Assembly: GCA_951406725.2 (NCBI GenBank)
Contig: OX597842.1
Location: 10,106,001-10,170,000 of the forward strand
From: Octopus vulgaris
Lineage: Eukaryota
Direction of reading: 5' to 3'
Length of the DNA: 64,000 nt
Shown here: piece after piece, positions 63,598-64,000 of the stretch
Position numbering within the stretch: position 1 is the stretch's first letter
Layout: each line of letters opens with the position of its first letter
Made by a program: the position numbers and the translations under genes
The notes under the pieces: generated by a model
The model's database searches: none
Told to the model about the DNA's origin: nothing
Seen by the model: only the letters and a program-made list of their open reading frames with translations

Positions 63598-63774
63598 ATT
63601 GATAGAAATGGTAAGATAACAAAAGAAAGAAAGAGACATCGATATTATGTAAATAGAGGAATTTATCTGTAAATATAATATGTGACAATTATTCGGTAAA
63701 ACCCACCACACCGGCATCTCTTCAGTTCTGAAGAGATGCTGGTGTGGGTTTCTGCCCCGACATCCGAAACTCAA
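63598..63774. mobile_element. PLE terminal fragment with an inverted hammerhead core
   Basis: 63598-63698 is homologous to 2091-2186; followed by CTGAAGAGATG...CATCCGAAACTC. Confidence 0.7.
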
Positions 63775-64000
63775 ATTGATTGTGGTGGATATTTCTCATA
63801 AAGCATATTCATACACTTGTACTTTGATTGGGCCTGTATGTTAGAACTGGTTTGTTTTAACCCTTTAATGTTCAGATTACTCTGTTCAATGTAATGCTTT
63901 TTCACTCAAATGTTTTGAATTAATCATGTGTTATCTCATAGCTTTAAGCTTTAAATGTGATTAGGTGTGAGAGGCTAGATATGGCTGGTTCAAATATAAA

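Overview
Eukaryotic, AT-rich and repeat-dense window. The SINE, MITE and microsatellite repertoire and a mitochondrial 16S fragment point to a coleoid cephalopod, probably Octopus (inference). 1-9.1 kb is a nested retroelement pile: an L1/Tx1-type LINE split by SINEs, a 3.8-kb head-to-head palindrome of a Penelope-like element (RT + GIY-YIG) with hammerhead-like ends, and a fold-back tandem array of an RTE-like 3' end. 9.1-13.0 kb is GATA and GA-rich simple sequence. A plus-strand transcription unit appears to start at ~13.05 kb. It has about 20 kb of non-coding 5' region with several candidate first exons, repeated motifs and many G-U-containing hairpins. A 13-exon CDS follows (33735-52150; 437 aa, or 494 aa with an alternative donor), assembled by hand because the ORF track misses it. 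It encodes an acidic N-terminus, two divergent RRMs, a Q/N/K/R-rich linker and a Gly/Tyr-rich tail (hnRNP/nucleolin-like). Its introns hold long nested RNA duplexes, several PTC-introducing splice acceptors and a NUMT. 53-64 kb is MITEs, SINE arrays, a mariner remnant and low-complexity DNA. The most promising novelty is this structured, apparently splice-regulated RNA-binding-protein locus and its structured non-coding upstream region. All RNA structures were paired by eye and are not computed.
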